From positions 5,270,001 to 5,334,000 of the forward strand of contig NW_027361802.1 in assembly GCF_039654945.1 (NCBI RefSeq): a stretch of 64,000 nucleotides of DNA, in the 5' to 3' direction. Of this stretch, positions 63,012 through 64,000 are shown one piece after another; within the stretch, counting starts at the first letter, position 1; each line of letters begins with the position of its first letter. The position numbers were made by a program, and so were the translations under genes. This DNA comes from Dendrobates tinctorius (lineage: Eukaryota). The notes under the pieces were generated by a model. That model ran no database searches and had not been told where the DNA came from. It worked only from the letters and a program-made list of their open reading frames with translations.

Positions 63012-64000
63012 CCTGGCGCCGCTGGAGTGGCAGCCTGTTACAGTAGCTCCTTCTTTGATCTCCTTTTTTCTATTTTTCCTTTCTCTTTTTTTGTTACTCC
63101 AAAGGACATTGCACTATGGATAACCATAAGAGGACCTGGACCTTTGATGGACTTTTTACCTTGTTTTTACTTGGATCTATTGTGTTGGGAAATCCAGGAA
63201 CTGAAAAAGACCCTATTGTCTACTCCAGAGAAGCTATACTGCTGCTTAGGGACACAGCAAGGCAGCATGCTGCTAATAGACCAGAGGACATTCCACCAGA
63301 AATAAGGAGGACTAAGAGAAGAGGTTGCAGAGCTGGAGCCCTCAGGAAAGCTAGAAGAAGGCGCTATAGACCTGCTCTTCCCTCCGTCATTATGGGCAAT
63401 GTGAGGTCACTGGGGAATAAGATGGACGAACTGTCGGCGCTGACCAGACATCATCGGGAATTAAGGGAGAGCAGCATGTTGCTGTTTACAGAGACCTGGC
63501 TCACCGAAGGTACTCCGGACACTGTTGTCTCGTTGGATGGGTTTAAACTCATTCGCGCGGACAGGACAAGGGAGAGCGGTAAGAGGAAAGGCGGAGGGCT
63601 GGCGATATTTGTGAATGATAGATGGTGTGACTCTAGGCATATCGTGGTCAAGGAGCAAACATGCTGTAAGGACATTGAGCTATTAGCTGTGGGTATGAGA
63701 CCTTTTTATTTACCGAGGGAACTATCGCATGTAATCATGATAGCTGCATGTGTCCCCCCTTCTGCGAAAGCTGACGCCGCCACTGAGGTCCTACAATCCA
63801 CAGTGAGCATGATGCAGTCCCTTCACCCCCAAGCACTCCTTCTGATTTCGGGAGACTTCAATCATGTGTCTCCAGCATCAATACTACCCAGTTGCACACA
63901 GTATGTTACCTGCCTCACTAGAGACAACAAAACATTGGACTTGTTCTTTGCCAATGTGAGAAGGGGCATATGCCTCGTCAGCCCTACCGCCCCTTGGAAG
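63012..64000 (+). mobile_element. Rex1/Babar-type LINE, 5' end (runs off the window)
   Basis: Abrupt junction inside a piggyBac-like repeat, ~100-nt 5' UTR, then an AP-endonuclease ORF. Confidence 0.85.
63116..64000 (+). pseudogene. LINE ORF with AP endonuclease domain (absent from ORF track because it is open at the window edge)
   Basis: MDNHKRTW...IVYSREAILLLR...MGNVRSLGNKMDEL, FTETWL, KGGGLAIFVN, RPFYLPRE, ISGDFNH, TLDLFFAN. Apparent frameshift near 63960 (AYASSALPPLG is in another frame). Confidence 0.88.

Overview
Eukaryotic, repeat-saturated vertebrate DNA with no confidently identifiable host gene. The repeat mix is Tc1, TTAA and TAA MITEs, CR1, L2, Rex1/Babar, a tRNA-derived SINE, DIRS1, three Gypsy lineages, a Helitron, Chapaev3 and Penelope remnants. 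This suggests an amphibian, probably a frog; that is an inference from the repeats only. The large elements are a two-LTR Gypsy (18730-26935), a Sushi-type Gypsy split by a young CR1 (27647-34784), a structurally complete DIRS1 element (37516-42971), a gag-only SCAN-domain LTR element with intact TSD (43191-45948), a minisatellite-carrying Helitron (46676-48458) and the 5' part of a Rex1/Babar LINE (about 63012-64000). The most notable signals are non-coding: (i) a ~220-bp satellite-2/retrozyme-like unit with a complete hammerhead ribozyme core, an octamer and a CTCF-like motif, nested in a Chapaev3 transposon; (ii) a second, minimal hammerhead in a TSD-flanked Penelope remnant; (iii) small TSD-flanked long-hairpin insertions. 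Family names come from motif recognition, not database searches; coordinates were read by eye and may be off by a few bases.
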